From the IMG/VR virus record IMGVR_UViG_3300045988_052641, positions 1 through 64,000 of that record: a stretch of DNA of 64,000 nucleotides; one strand, given 5' to 3'. The notes under the pieces were generated by a model. The model saw only the letters and a list, made by a program, of their open reading frames with translations. It was not told the origin of the DNA and ran no database searches. Origin of the DNA: a virus. Made by a program: the position numbers and the translations under genes. Below are positions 27,665-37,599 of this stretch, one piece after another. Numbering within the stretch: position 1 is the first letter of the stretch; every line of letters starts with the position of its first letter.

Positions 27665-27738
27665 TAGAGATAACCAGATTCGAACTGATGTTCTTCTAAA
27701 GATTGACTTTAGCTGTTCTACCACTGAACTATATCTCT
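27665..27738 (-). tRNA. atypical class-I tRNA with anticodon CAA (Leu codon UUG) and G32/C38 loop
   Basis: perfect acceptor AGAGATA/TATCTCT, D-arm GTTCAGTGGTAGAAC, anticodon arm CTAAA-GTCAATC-TTTAG, T-arm ATCAGTTCGAATCTGGT; lacks the long variable arm expected for bacterial tRNA-Leu. Confidence 0.5.
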
Positions 27739-27901
27739 ATCCAGTCCCTATGGAATCATCCAATAAATTCCCACCTAGTATCACTAGATATGCACAAAGA
27801 TTACTATACCAAATATGCGCTCTTCTCCATGCATAATGAAATCTATCTTCTATCCAATCAGAACATTAATTCAACTATTAAATAAACGGTGCGCGAAATA
27901 C

Positions 27902-29596
27902 TTAGGCCTTCACAGGCTTCTTCTGCACGCTTGCATTCTTCTTGACAACATCCTTCTCTAGAATCATCATATTAAGCAACTCTTGATTCATAGCATGCTT
28001 AAAAATGTCTCTGGTGGTTTTAGGCACCTGGAACCTCTTCTCTCCAGTAATAAATGAGGATGTTGAATTATTAAGTCCATTTACTAAGAAGCAATTTGAC
28101 ACTCCTGGAACCAAAGCTACATTAGGTCTTCCTTTATATGCTAAAGGAACTCTCCAAATAATAACTTTGAACGCCCTTACAAATTCCTTACTGAAATTTG
28201 CTTTAAGCAATCTCTGCTTAAATTCCACGAATGCTTGGTTGTTCAACTTGGTAAAATATGTATGGTTAGTAATTACCACACAACCTCTAGGGAACTCTCC
28301 TTCATCTACACCATAATCTTCTTTCATCTTACACAGCATTTCTGCTATATTAACAATAGAAGGATTCTGGCATAATGCTTCTTCTTTGTCAGATTTCCAT
28401 TTCTCAATGACATTCTGACCTTTGAACTTACGTAGAACCATGTTATCTTCTAACACGGCATAGGAGTTTTTGAATATTGTAGGAAGTAGTTCAGAGTGAT
28501 ATAAAGCATATACTTTACCCAAACTGTAAGCAGATGTTTCGCTATTCTCTATCTCACCATTAGCAGAATGGCTTATATCTCTTACTACCAACAACGGAGC
28601 TACTCTATTGCGTTTAGCATTATCAACGAATACGTTGAAACTTGCATTAATAGAAGTTTCCATAAATTCTGGAATCTCTTCGGCAATTTTATCCAGTCCA
28701 TATGGTTTGAATAAAGTATGTAGAAATCCGCTATTAGAGGGCTTCTTACGGTTCTTCAACCAGTTCTGATACTTCTCTTTAAGACCTTGATGTTTGAGGA
28801 ATTTAGAGCCTACTAGCTGTGCCAGCGCCTTTCCAGTAACAGTGTCAAAATCAATTTCCAAGAATTTCTTTTGACTGATTAACTGCTGCCATTGGGCTGC
28901 TTTCCCGCTATTCTTCATCTTCCTATATTTACGATAGGTGGAATAGTCTCCTTCGTCCTTAGGTTTACCATAAAGGCCTTCCGCCAAGAATTTGGCTACT
29001 GTGTTACGTGCTTTTGCCTCATCTGTCTTACATGCAACACTGGAACGAACACGGGGAAGATACTTCTTTACTAAATCACATGTCTGACCATTAGCAAGAC
29101 CTGCAAATATGACTTTCTTGAAGAAGTCCCAATCCAATCTGTGCTTAAAGCCATGGAGTTGAACATCTAAAGCCATCATAGTAATGAAATCTTTCCAGCA
29201 TCCAGCTGCTGCAAAATAAGCAATGTTGGCATGGAATGTGGGTTTGTGATAGATTGCCAACCACAGCATCCTCATTATACCTTCATTTTTCAAACCTTCT
29301 CCTTGCTGTGTATCAAGCTGTATAACTCCTTCCGGGGTAGTTATTCTACATTTACGAGTTATCATCCTCGTATATGCAGTAAACTTGGTACATAGTAATG
29401 GATTAGCTTTCCATAAAGGATACATATCTTTAGTCACTTGCACGTAGGTACGTGGCTGAAGACATTTCTTAAGATTAACAAACTGGTCTATGAATAACTG
29501 ATTATTATCCACAAACTTAGGTTTATTCTCATCCCGCCTTTGACGTGCGGCATTAGGGTAAGGCCTCCTTGGCCTTTGTGCTCCTTTCATTTCCAT
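27902..29596 (-). CDS. large hypothetical protein (564 aa, basic N-terminus)
   Basis: long ORF, RPRRPYPNAARQRRDENKPK N-terminal basic tract. Confidence 0.55.
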   Translation of the reverse strand: MEMKGAQRPRRPYPNAARQRRDENKPKFVDNNQLFIDQFVNLKKCLQPRTYVQVTKDMYPLWKANPLLCTKFTAYTRMITRKCRITTPEGVIQLDTQQGEGLKNEGIMRMLWLAIYHKPTFHANIAYFAAAGCWKDFITMMALDVQLHGFKHRLDWDFFKKVIFAGLANGQTCDLVKKYLPRVRSSVACKTDEAKARNTVAKFLAEGLYGKPKDEGDYSTYRKYRKMKNSGKAAQWQQLISQKKFLEIDFDTVTGKALAQLVGSKFLKHQGLKEKYQNWLKNRKKPSNSGFLHTLFKPYGLDKIAEEIPEFMETSINASFNVFVDNAKRNRVAPLLVVRDISHSANGEIENSETSAYSLGKVYALYHSELLPTIFKNSYAVLEDNMVLRKFKGQNVIEKWKSDKEEALCQNPSIVNIAEMLCKMKEDYGVDEGEFPRGCVVITNHTYFTKLNNQAFVEFKQRLLKANFSKEFVRAFKVIIWRVPLAYKGRPNVALVPGVSNCFLVNGLNNSTSSFITGEKRFQVPKTTRDIFKHAMNQELLNMMILEKDVVKKNASVQKKPVKA

Positions 29597-29898
29597 CTCT
29601 TGTTAAATTTATTGTTATGAGAGTCTTTCTTTATTCTAAACAATAAACAAGCGGCATTACGGCAATCGGACATACGTTAACCCGCTCGCCACTTACAGAC
29701 CGTAATGCACACTTGACCAGGCAGGAAAGAGGTTTGCTTGGTGACCTATCTGCATGCTGATTATATAATACAGACCGTGTAGATTCTCTCTTATACACAA
29801 TATCTATAGTAGATTTGCACTACTGTTTCCTGATGCTTAATCAGGTGAACTCCTACTGTTCGAATAGATACAGGTTTCAACTCTTTGATATAGCCTTT

Positions 29899-29920
29899 AA
29901 GTCATAGACATACTCCGGAG
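29899..29920. promoter_or_regulatory. 22-bp perfect palindrome AGACATACTCCGGAGTATGTCT
   Basis: read directly; lies in a 380-nt non-coding gap downstream of ORF 29977..30672. Confidence 0.5.
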
Positions 29921-29976
29921 TATGTCTACTGGTTCTTCAGACCAAGTTTTGCTACCACCATTCGTCAATAGTGGAT

Positions 29977-30672
29977 TTACGGTATTAGATAGTCCACACG
30001 AAGGTCTACCGTCTCTTCGTTTGCTTCTAACACCACAGTCGTCGAAAGAATGTCAGGATTGTCAGCTGTAGTTATCATACTCACAATATCATGTGGGGAT
30101 TCTAAGTACAAATAACCTCTACCGTCCCAAGCTGGAATATATCCACCTCGTAGAATGTTTCGAGACGGAATAGACTTGTAATAATAGTGTGCTGGCCGGT
30201 AGTGAGCGAATGATACGTTAATAGCTGATTGGTGTGTGCCTATGGTAAAACCACCCAGGACTGTTGCCAGTCTCGTCACCTTACTAACGTATTTTGAATC
30301 GCCTACTACATCTAGTCTTATGTTCAAGCCTGGATAGTAGAATTTAGCAACTCTCCTGCTTATATCCTTCAACGTTTGAAGAGATTGAAATTCAGCAACA
30401 TCAACATAGTCTTTCTCCGATTCAGAACTACCGAAGATACAATTGATTGGTATTGGCTGATTAGCTTCAATACATTCTTCCAAAATAGTGATTGCTTCGG
30501 ACGGAATAGCTTCATTACCAAGTCTGATTCTCTTAGTCCCATATAAGATATGAGCTATAATCTGACTAAGTGGCAATGATAATTTCTCCTTAGCAAAGTT
30601 GCTTTCCAAATCATATAGATATTGGCAAATGTGTGCACTGAATGGCGTGTTCCCTTGTACTGTAAACTTCAT
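29977..30672 (-). CDS. hypothetical protein
   Basis: 231 aa ORF. Confidence 0.5.
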   Translation of the reverse strand: MKFTVQGNTPFSAHICQYLYDLESNFAKEKLSLPLSQIIAHILYGTKRIRLGNEAIPSEAITILEECIEANQPIPINCIFGSSESEKDYVDVAEFQSLQTLKDISRRVAKFYYPGLNIRLDVVGDSKYVSKVTRLATVLGGFTIGTHQSAINVSFAHYRPAHYYYKSIPSRNILRGGYIPAWDGRGYLYLESPHDIVSMITTADNPDILSTTVVLEANEETVDLRVDYLIP

Positions 30673-31166
30673 ACTATCTGTTCAACTGTTATTAATTTAG
30701 TGATTCTGTAACCTCTTGATTTCAGGAATTTGATTGCTTCCATTTCAGCTTGTGTAATAGGAATCAGATGTTTGTCTTCTTCCGCTTCTGTAACAGCTTC
30801 CATTTCAGCTTGTGGCTTAGGTTTGGGAGGTGCTACGTAAGTGCCAGCTTTAATAGCCATTCTCTTAGCATATGCATCTCTCTGTATCTTAGCCATTTCT
30901 TTCCTACTGATAGTTATCAATTCAATGACTCTAGTCTTATACAAAGGGCCATGTTCTTTCCACATAAATCCTTTAGTATAGATAGCACCGTCAGGTTCAA
31001 TAACTCCTTGCTTACGCAAAACAGCCATGAAGTTCTCTGGCCTTGGGAAGCCATTCTTCTTTAAATCCTTGACTACATCTGTAATCTTAAAAGGCCCAGG
31101 ATTCATTGCCTTTACCGTGTTAAAAATCCGAACGATGTCATCGTCGGATATTGACCTCTTTCCCAT
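30669..31166 (-). CDS. hypothetical protein
   Basis: 165 aa ORF, start/stop overlap with neighbour. Confidence 0.5.
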   Translation of the reverse strand: MGKRSISDDDIVRIFNTVKAMNPGPFKITDVVKDLKKNGFPRPENFMAVLRKQGVIEPDGAIYTKGFMWKEHGPLYKTRVIELITISRKEMAKIQRDAYAKRMAIKAGTYVAPPKPKPQAEMEAVTEAEEDKHLIPITQAEMEAIKFLKSRGYRITKLITVEQIV

Positions 31167-31192
31167 AATTTCAATAACTTTTAGTGAAACAA

Positions 31193-31474
31193 TTACTCTT
31201 TATATATTCTAATTCGAGATTTGCGTGTCCGTATACGTATTTGACTAATCTCGGATAGAATCCAATCACGTCTACATTGATGAAACCATTTAATAATAGC
31301 GTCGTCAAATACAGATGTATTATCACGGTAGAATATACCACTGTAATAAGTATCAAGCTTTGGTTCGGATATGTTATGAGGATTGTCAGTAACTATGTAT
31401 TGATAATCCTCACCTCTTATTAATTTCAGCTTCTTTGACTTCTTACGAAGTTTCTTTAATAACCTTGCTTTCAT
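31193..31474 (-). CDS. hypothetical basic protein
   Basis: 93 aa ORF. Confidence 0.4.
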   Translation of the reverse strand: MKARLLKKLRKKSKKLKLIRGEDYQYIVTDNPHNISEPKLDTYYSGIFYRDNTSVFDDAIIKWFHQCRRDWILSEISQIRIRTRKSRIRIYKE

Positions 31475-31824
31475 TTTAATAGTTCCAATTCAGTTACGTC
31501 CTTATTGTACCATATTCCAATCCAGAAGTTGTCTGCATAACTCCTATGTGCCATAATAGCATAGTTAACTTCCAAAGCATCATTATACAGTATATAATCA
31601 CACTTCTTATTAGGAGATTGTAGCATCTCTTTAAGTACATGATGCCTATTGACAACCTTAATATTGTTCATGATAGAAAGTGGTAACGAAATCGCTGCTC
31701 CAACTGTTAATATTGAGAATACAATCTCAACTGCCACTGCAACTTCTCTTAGGTCTTTAGACCCTATTCGTGAAACACATACACAAATAAGTAAAACAAT
31801 CACTGCAATAATAAATAATCCCAT
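31471..31824 (-). CDS. hypothetical membrane protein
   Basis: 117 aa ORF, N-terminal TM helix. Confidence 0.45.
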   Translation of the reverse strand: MGLFIIAVIVLLICVCVSRIGSKDLREVAVAVEIVFSILTVGAAISLPLSIMNNIKVVNRHHVLKEMLQSPNKKCDYILYNDALEVNYAIMAHRSYADNFWIGIWYNKDVTELELLK

Positions 31825-31852
31825 AAAATTGATATTTAAACGTTAATAATAG

Positions 31853-32453
31853 TGGACCTAGAGGGATTCGAACCCTCGTCCAGACAACTCTCATTAATAA
31901 GATTACGTGTGTCTCTATTTTATTACATCAGCTGTTGAGTTCAGCATGTAGGTAGTTTTACTAAGAAGCTGAGTGTTAATTCACCAATTACGTCTCCTCG
32001 TAAGGCTACGACTTAGTTGTTCACAAACTACCAAACTGGGCTTGACCGAACGGTCGCTCCACCACTCCATTTACGTTGGAGAACGGATGATATTTCAGAG
32101 ATTCGTCACACCTCATGGACCACATCTTCCATCTGCTTTATGACATTAGGAGATTTCAGCTTTACTAACCTTTGGCTTTCAAGTTAATGCATCTAAGCTT
32201 CACTGTAACCTTGCAGGTACTATGACTCTTCCCCGCAGGCCTCGTTATAGCACTTAGATACAAACCTCTTCTGTTTCTAGGTCTCTCCGTTAACCCGACT
32301 TAGAGCTAAATTAATAGATAAGCCAGCAGCTTAGGCTGCCATTCTGTTGTAGTCGATTTCAGCAACTATTGTTTGTATCATTATTAAAGAGTTGGTACGA
32401 ACTCTACACGTCTTACTAACTTGTAATCGCCTGTCAAAGCCAAATCTAGGCCC
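31853..32453 (-). ncRNA. ssrA: tmRNA (ssrA-like), ~600 nt, tag peptide AEIDYNRMAA
   Basis: 5' GGGCCTAGATTTGGCTTTGACAGG matches tmRNA 5' consensus (GGGGCUGAUUCUGGAUUCGACGGG); acceptor GGGCCTA/TAGGTCC with G3-U70; resume context AATAGTT-GCT at nt 91 followed by GCT GAA ATC GAC TAC AAC AGA ATG GCA GCC TAA; 3' end GGACGAGGGTTCGAATCCCTC-TAGGTCC-A mirrors E. coli GGACGGGGGUUCAAAUCCCCC-CGGCUCC-A. Confidence 0.7.
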
Positions 32454-32590
32454 ATAGAACGGCACGATTATACTCTCGTGCCAGGAGTCTCATTAAAAAT
32501 GATGAATATAGCAGCCAGTATCCTCCTGTGCCACATTGAGTGGCGTACCCATTATGGACTTGGCAGCTTACGAGTTATTTTTTGTTCCAT

Positions 32591-32944
32591 TTAAAATGGT
32601 AAGTTTCCTTCATGTTTCATCCAACTATAAACTACAATTTCATAATCTGGGAAATCGTTAGCAAGTTTAATACAACTGTCAAACGATAACTCTGTTATGC
32701 ATATAAGAGGGTAATCATTGTCAAGCCATTCTCTAATTACATCCTTATCAGGAATATGCTCATCCAATGACCATTTAAGCTCACGTTCAAGTCTTTCACG
32801 TATCGTATTCAATTTAATATGGTCATGCGTTCCATATATAACATTTAATATGTGATACAATAAATGGCTATTGAACTTATCAACATCGCTAATAAGAATA
32901 TGCCTCTTGGCATTCCTTAAAGAATTAACTGCATTCTGATTCAT
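32591..32944 (-). CDS. hypothetical protein
   Basis: 117 aa ORF. Confidence 0.45.
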   Translation of the reverse strand: MNQNAVNSLRNAKRHILISDVDKFNSHLLYHILNVIYGTHDHIKLNTIRERLERELKWSLDEHIPDKDVIREWLDNDYPLICITELSFDSCIKLANDFPDYEIVVYSWMKHEGNLPF

Positions 32945-33025
32945 ACACTTATTAATTAAAAGCCCAAGTGTGTTTCACAACATGACTGGGGCAAGCCTAA
33001 ACTATACAAAACTTTAAAATGATTG

Positions 33026-33096
33026 GGAGAGGATGGGAGATTCGAACTCCCTCCGCCAGTTCGCAACTAACCTTCTACCATTAAACTAATCCTCTC
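33026..33096 (-). tRNA. tRNA, anticodon uncertain (best fold gives GCG, Arg)
   Basis: perfect acceptor GAGAGGA/TCCTCTC, D-loop AATGGTAGA, T-arm GGGAGTTCGAATCTCCC; anticodon stem needs two G-U pairs. Confidence 0.55.
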
Positions 33097-33105
33097 TTGG
33101 CATTA

Positions 33106-33729
33106 TTAACGCTTCGCAGCTTCTTCAAAGTTCTTTACAATCTTCTCTGCCTTCTCACGGGAACAATCAAGCATGTGCATAGTAAGATGAATGCGTTGTT
33201 CACGCATCAAATCTTCTATGGCTCCTTCATTGCCTTCTTCTCTAGCCTTGAGAGCTTTTAATAGCTCTTCTGGCGTTTCAACACCTTCAACATCAGCACC
33301 GATAGCCTTAGATATATCCTTCAGAAACTCAAACAAAGCTTTTTTGCTTTCTTCGACTTTAAGTGTAGAGCCTTGTCTTTGGTCTCTCATTTTCATAAGA
33401 ATGTCAAAGATTTCACGGGCAGAAGCTTCGTCATCCTCATTCAGAGTGACAGCATGACGTTCATGAGGTTGAACACGAATAGATTCGTCTTTAACTTCCA
33501 TAACGAGCAAGTCTTCACCGTCACCACAAACAATGACGATTTCACGGTCTTTCCTTTCATCATAACCGCCACCAACAGTGAAATTCTTGTAAGGAACTTC
33601 TTTGCCTTCAGCGGCATCGAGCACATGCCCAAGAATAGTTTCAGCTTCTTCTACGATAGAATCATAGCATGGGTCTTTCTTTGGATTGAAATCAATACCA
33701 GCTTTCAGGCGTTCTTGTAATTTCTTCAT
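33106..33729 (-). CDS. hypothetical acidic protein
   Basis: 207 aa ORF. Confidence 0.5.
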   Translation of the reverse strand: MKKLQERLKAGIDFNPKKDPCYDSIVEEAETILGHVLDAAEGKEVPYKNFTVGGGYDERKDREIVIVCGDGEDLLVMEVKDESIRVQPHERHAVTLNEDDEASAREIFDILMKMRDQRQGSTLKVEESKKALFEFLKDISKAIGADVEGVETPEELLKALKAREEGNEGAIEDLMREQRIHLTMHMLDCSREKAEKIVKNFEEAAKR

Positions 33730-34041
33730 TTCCTTCTAAATTTAAAGAGTTTGATTTATTAATTATTTGATTAGTCTGGTAAGAACCAGACTCCTATGGC
33801 CGCAACAATACCTATAGCTCCGGCTACATATGTAAAATCGCCAGCTGTAGGCAACATGATATTAATAATTACTAATGCTCCAATAGCAGAACTAATTATT
33901 ATATTGTCTTTCTTATTCTTAGTGAGTTTCATAATTACTAATATTGGTTAAGAGTGACTCCACCGTGACGTGCCAAATCATAGTGAAGTTTCGTCGTAAT
34001 TTTCAACGACTCATCAGACTCTCTTTTAGACGGAAAGGAGA

Positions 34042-34284
34042 TTATGACATATAATTATCAATAGAATCTCCAGTTGCTGCCCTAATCTGTTCCCATGGAA
34101 TGTTCTCTTCTTCGCAAAGCTGTTTGGAGGACTGTATCCACTCCTTGGCGAAGTCTATAAAATCACCGCATTCTCTCTTAGCCATTACCATAGCTTCTTT
34201 GCAGCTGTAAGCGATGATTCCGGGAAGAAGAGATTTGTCATTGTTAATTGCATGTTTAACTATAGGGCTGTTCTTTATATCCAT
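34042..34284 (-). CDS. hypothetical protein
   Basis: 80 aa ORF. Confidence 0.4.
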   Translation of the reverse strand: MDIKNSPIVKHAINNDKSLLPGIIAYSCKEAMVMAKRECGDFIDFAKEWIQSSKQLCEEENIPWEQIRAATGDSIDNYMS

Positions 34285-34523
34285 TGTTTAAAGGTTAGAT
34301 TGTTGTTACACTGCTAATAATAGAATAATCAATAATAACTGAAAGCATGCCATTTAAATCAGATGTCTCATAGGGAACTTGATATTTGGCGATTTGTCTT
34401 TCGGCATCATGGGCTGGTTAGTTCCAAACCCAAGAAGCAATTTACCTTCACGAGAGGTAATAGATTGATGATTGAGAGTACATGGTATTCTCTGTTTCCT
34501 AAACTGTATCTGCGATAACATTG

Positions 34524-34868
34524 TTACTTAGTTAATAAGTTAGCAAATCCTTTCCAGAAGTAGTGAGGGAAGTGTCCATTCAGTTGTACATAATTAACTC
34601 CTGCTGACACCTTATGTCTAGCTGTAACCTTATGTCCGTCAATGGACATCGTGATTAAGCTGCCAGAAACTGTCACATCACTATCTGACATATCATACAA
34701 ATCTCCTAAGTCCTTAATAGGAATCCACTTAGATGTAGTTTCATCTTTGTAGCTATTAAGACGAGATTGTAGTTTGGCATCAGAAGGCTGGCCAGTTCTC
34801 ATATCAATAACCTCACCCTCACAATCTGCAAGGATGAAGTTCTGTGTATAGTTAAAGTATAGTTTCAT
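34524..34868 (-). CDS. hypothetical protein
   Basis: 114 aa ORF. Confidence 0.45.
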   Translation of the reverse strand: MKLYFNYTQNFILADCEGEVIDMRTGQPSDAKLQSRLNSYKDETTSKWIPIKDLGDLYDMSDSDVTVSGSLITMSIDGHKVTARHKVSAGVNYVQLNGHFPHYFWKGFANLLTK

Positions 34869-35051
34869 GTGTACTGAACTTTATATCTTTTAGTTCTTCT
34901 AGTTTGTAGATTAATAACATCTACCGAATCAGTACCTGCCTTTACGTAAACCTTACCAGATATCTCTTTGATAAAGTCATTCTCTGATTTACCTTCAAAA
35001 GTTCCGATAAGGCATAGTGTTACTCCATTGACAAGTACTTTGGTAAATTTA

Positions 35052-35390
35052 TCAACCTGTATAGGATTCTTCTCTTACATGGTTAAATGCCTTAGTGTAG
35101 GCTCTATACCTCGCAAGACGATGTTCATAATTAGCACCTTTAGAGGGATAGCTAGCAAGTACTGAAGTATCCTTAATTACCACATACTCTTTACCAGGCA
35201 ATCCACCTTCATACCATGATTTAGATATTACTTTGATACCGGATTTTACTAATAACCATTTGTCTACAGCATCACATAAACGCTCTTTACCACATGTCTG
35301 TAACAATATGGGTATTAAGTTACGTTTAAGCTCTCTGTATTCCTCTGCTAATTCATTAGTCATAGATAAGTTGGCAGTTAACCTACTCAC
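35052..35390 (-). CDS. hypothetical protein
   Basis: 112 aa ORF. Confidence 0.45.
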   Translation of the reverse strand: MSRLTANLSMTNELAEEYRELKRNLIPILLQTCGKERLCDAVDKWLLVKSGIKVISKSWYEGGLPGKEYVVIKDTSVLASYPSKGANYEHRLARYRAYTKAFNHVREESYTG

Positions 35391-35610
35391 TGCCAGGTTT
35401 TAATGATTGATACCTGAAACTTACGTACAGTGTTAGTAACCTATCTAACATACTTCTATACGTAAGAAACAGGTGTCTAAAATTATGAAATATGTAGACT
35501 CCTGCTTTAACGCGTGAAACAGGAACGTTTTAATTTGGGCAATACATGCATTATGTCCATTTTGCACGTAAAGGATTTGCAACTACTTAGAAGAGCTAAA
35601 CCCTGTGATG

Positions 35611-35928
35611 TTATCGGTGTGAGGAATAGATGTCTATAATCTCTTTGTAAAAGTCTCTACGACCTACGAGATAGTCATCTCCCCAATACTCTACTACCTT
35701 CTTAAGACCTTCAATCACTTGATACATAGTAGCACCATTACTAAAGCATGTCAATAGCTCTAGATGTCCATGTATGTCCTCTTTACACAAATGCATCCAT
35801 TCGTTGCTAATTGGATTGTAAATGCATAATATGCTGTTAGTCAAAGGTCTAGCTGGACGTAGTTTAATTCCGCTTGGATGAATGTATTCGAATACCATAA
35901 ATGTGCGCATGGCTAACCTATACACCAT
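35611..35928 (-). CDS. hypothetical protein
   Basis: 105 aa ORF. Confidence 0.45.
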   Translation of the reverse strand: MVYRLAMRTFMVFEYIHPSGIKLRPARPLTNSILCIYNPISNEWMHLCKEDIHGHLELLTCFSNGATMYQVIEGLKKVVEYWGDDYLVGRRDFYKEIIDIYSSHR

Positions 35929-35956
35929 GAGGTTTTAATCGTTATTACTCAAATTT

Positions 35957-36060
35957 CCCCACAAATTGCGTCAATCAGAGCATCTGTGAAATCGTCTTCG
36001 ATGTAGTTCCCCACAAATTGCGTCAATCAGAGCATCTGTGAAATCGTCTTCGATGTAGTC
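35957..36060. repeat. 52-bp perfect tandem direct repeat x2
   Basis: CCCCACAAATTGCGTCAATCAGAGCATCTGTGAAATCGTCTTCGATGTAGTT occurs twice back to back; overlaps a small minus-strand ORF start (MDYIEDDFTDALIDAICGE...) and shifts its frame. Confidence 0.9.
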
Positions 36061-36460
36061 CATAAATATATAGTATTATTGTCAACTCAAACAAAAGGTG
36101 AGTATGCATATCTATCACAGACCTACATACTCTTAATAATATTCATTTTACACATTCAAACGGTCTGAACTACGTACTTTAGTACTTTATATCTCGTCCC
36201 ACTCCAAGTGGAGATTTGTTCAAGCAAATAATAGCCTACTGCTTCCTCAAACAGAGGATTTGTCAGTTTATACATTATACCATTATTTGCATGAATTGCA
36301 TCGTTCCGATTACGTCCAAATACAGTTCTTAGTTTTGATTTCTTCGCTTTCATTTCACTACTCGGCTAACTACATACTAATAAATATATTTGAATAAGCA
36401 TAATAAAAAGAAAGACACAAATAGACTTTCTAAATGTGCCTTTCAATAAGAAGTACTTTG

Positions 36461-36943
36461 TTATTCTTTGCAGTAAGCAATAACATTGACGTTCATTTGG
36501 CTGCCGTCTCTTAGAACGCTCTCAAATGATTCTATTGCCTTTGCGGTTACCTCTGTGCCCTGTAAATCTGCAAGACATTCCGCTATTGTCTTATTTTCAA
36601 ACATATTGAAAATACATTTGTCTTTGTCCGCCTCTGGAAGAATATCAACCGGTGTAATACGTTTGCCGTTCTCCCTATCATTGAAAGACCGGAACAAAGA
36701 GTTTATAGATACGTTTCTTGCCACTCCATTGACCTCAACGGCAACTTGAAAGAACGTATTACCATTTACAACGCCCTTTGTGATTGTTCCGTTAAATTCG
36801 TTAATTTCAGCGGGAAACTTCAATTTGTCGCCTACCTTGATAGAATCAGGATTCACACCTAAACGGTTTAAAGCTGCTGCAATTTCGTTTTTGCTTGCTT
36901 TCGGTAACTTCTTGTTAACTTCTTGTAATTCTGCTAAATTCAT
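36461..36943 (-). CDS. hypothetical protein
   Basis: 160 aa ORF, last gene of minus-strand block before divergent region. Confidence 0.5.
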   Translation of the reverse strand: MNLAELQEVNKKLPKASKNEIAAALNRLGVNPDSIKVGDKLKFPAEINEFNGTITKGVVNGNTFFQVAVEVNGVARNVSINSLFRSFNDRENGKRITPVDILPEADKDKCIFNMFENKTIAECLADLQGTEVTAKAIESFESVLRDGSQMNVNVIAYCKE

Positions 36944-37254
36944 AGTTTAATAATTTATTAGTGAAACAATATAGAACGGACTTATTTGTCCGTTCTGATT
37001 AGCTTTTAAATTAGGTTTGCTTTAATCTCTTCACATTCTTCACGTGTGATTATACAACGCGTAGCATTAACTAAAACATAACCGTTTGAAAGATAAGTAA
37101 ACATAACTCTAATAATTTTAAAATGAATATTATAAAGCAAAACCAAATGATATAAATCTTTTGACTTTCTCCAAACATGGGTGAGGGGTGTGAGGGGTAA
37201 CACACCTGTCGTATCCGCAATATACACAAATCTTGCAATATTCACCTAGCATCC

Positions 37255-37469
37255 GAGTTGGCAATATATAATATGACAACCCACCCCGGGAGTGGGAGGG
37301 GTGTGATTTTGAGCACCCGTACTTGTGAGTTGGCAATATATATTAATTTCTATTCATCTTACTAATTGCAAGCAAGCCCCGCAGGGGCGCAGATTGCCAC
37401 AGCGCGTCATGAAGTTCCGAGTTGGCAATATACTTAATATTAACTGTGAATTTGAGTTGGCAATATATA
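37255..37469 (+). promoter_or_regulatory. array of four GAGTTGGCAATATA(T/C) motifs (37255, 37327, 37419, 37454) interleaved with GC-rich hairpins; candidate promoter cluster or origin iterons
   Basis: exact repeats read from sequence; located in the divergent non-coding region between the leftward and rightward gene blocks; copy 4 has TTGGCA - 17 nt - TAATAAT spacing. Confidence 0.55.
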
Positions 37470-37599
37470 ATATATATTAATAATTATATTACCATTTGGT
37501 AATATTGAAATATATAACTAATTTTGTATTGTCAAATTAAATAGTAATATATTTGCGAACTTAAATCGCAGAATTTAATAACAATTAAAATTTATAACA

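Noticed and set aside
27600-27885. Plus-strand ORFs 27600-27836 and 27703-27885
   Set aside because: They overlap a minus-strand tRNA gene and AT-rich intergenic sequence, and have no ribosome-binding context. Spurious.
31853-31900. Stand-alone tRNA at 31853-31900 (T-arm GAGGGTTCGAATCCCTC plus acceptor TAGGTCC)
   Set aside because: No matching 5' acceptor, D-arm or anticodon arm lies within 100 nt. The complementary GGGCCTA lies 600 nt away with tmRNA-type downstream sequence. It is therefore interpreted as the 3' tRNA-like domain of a tmRNA.
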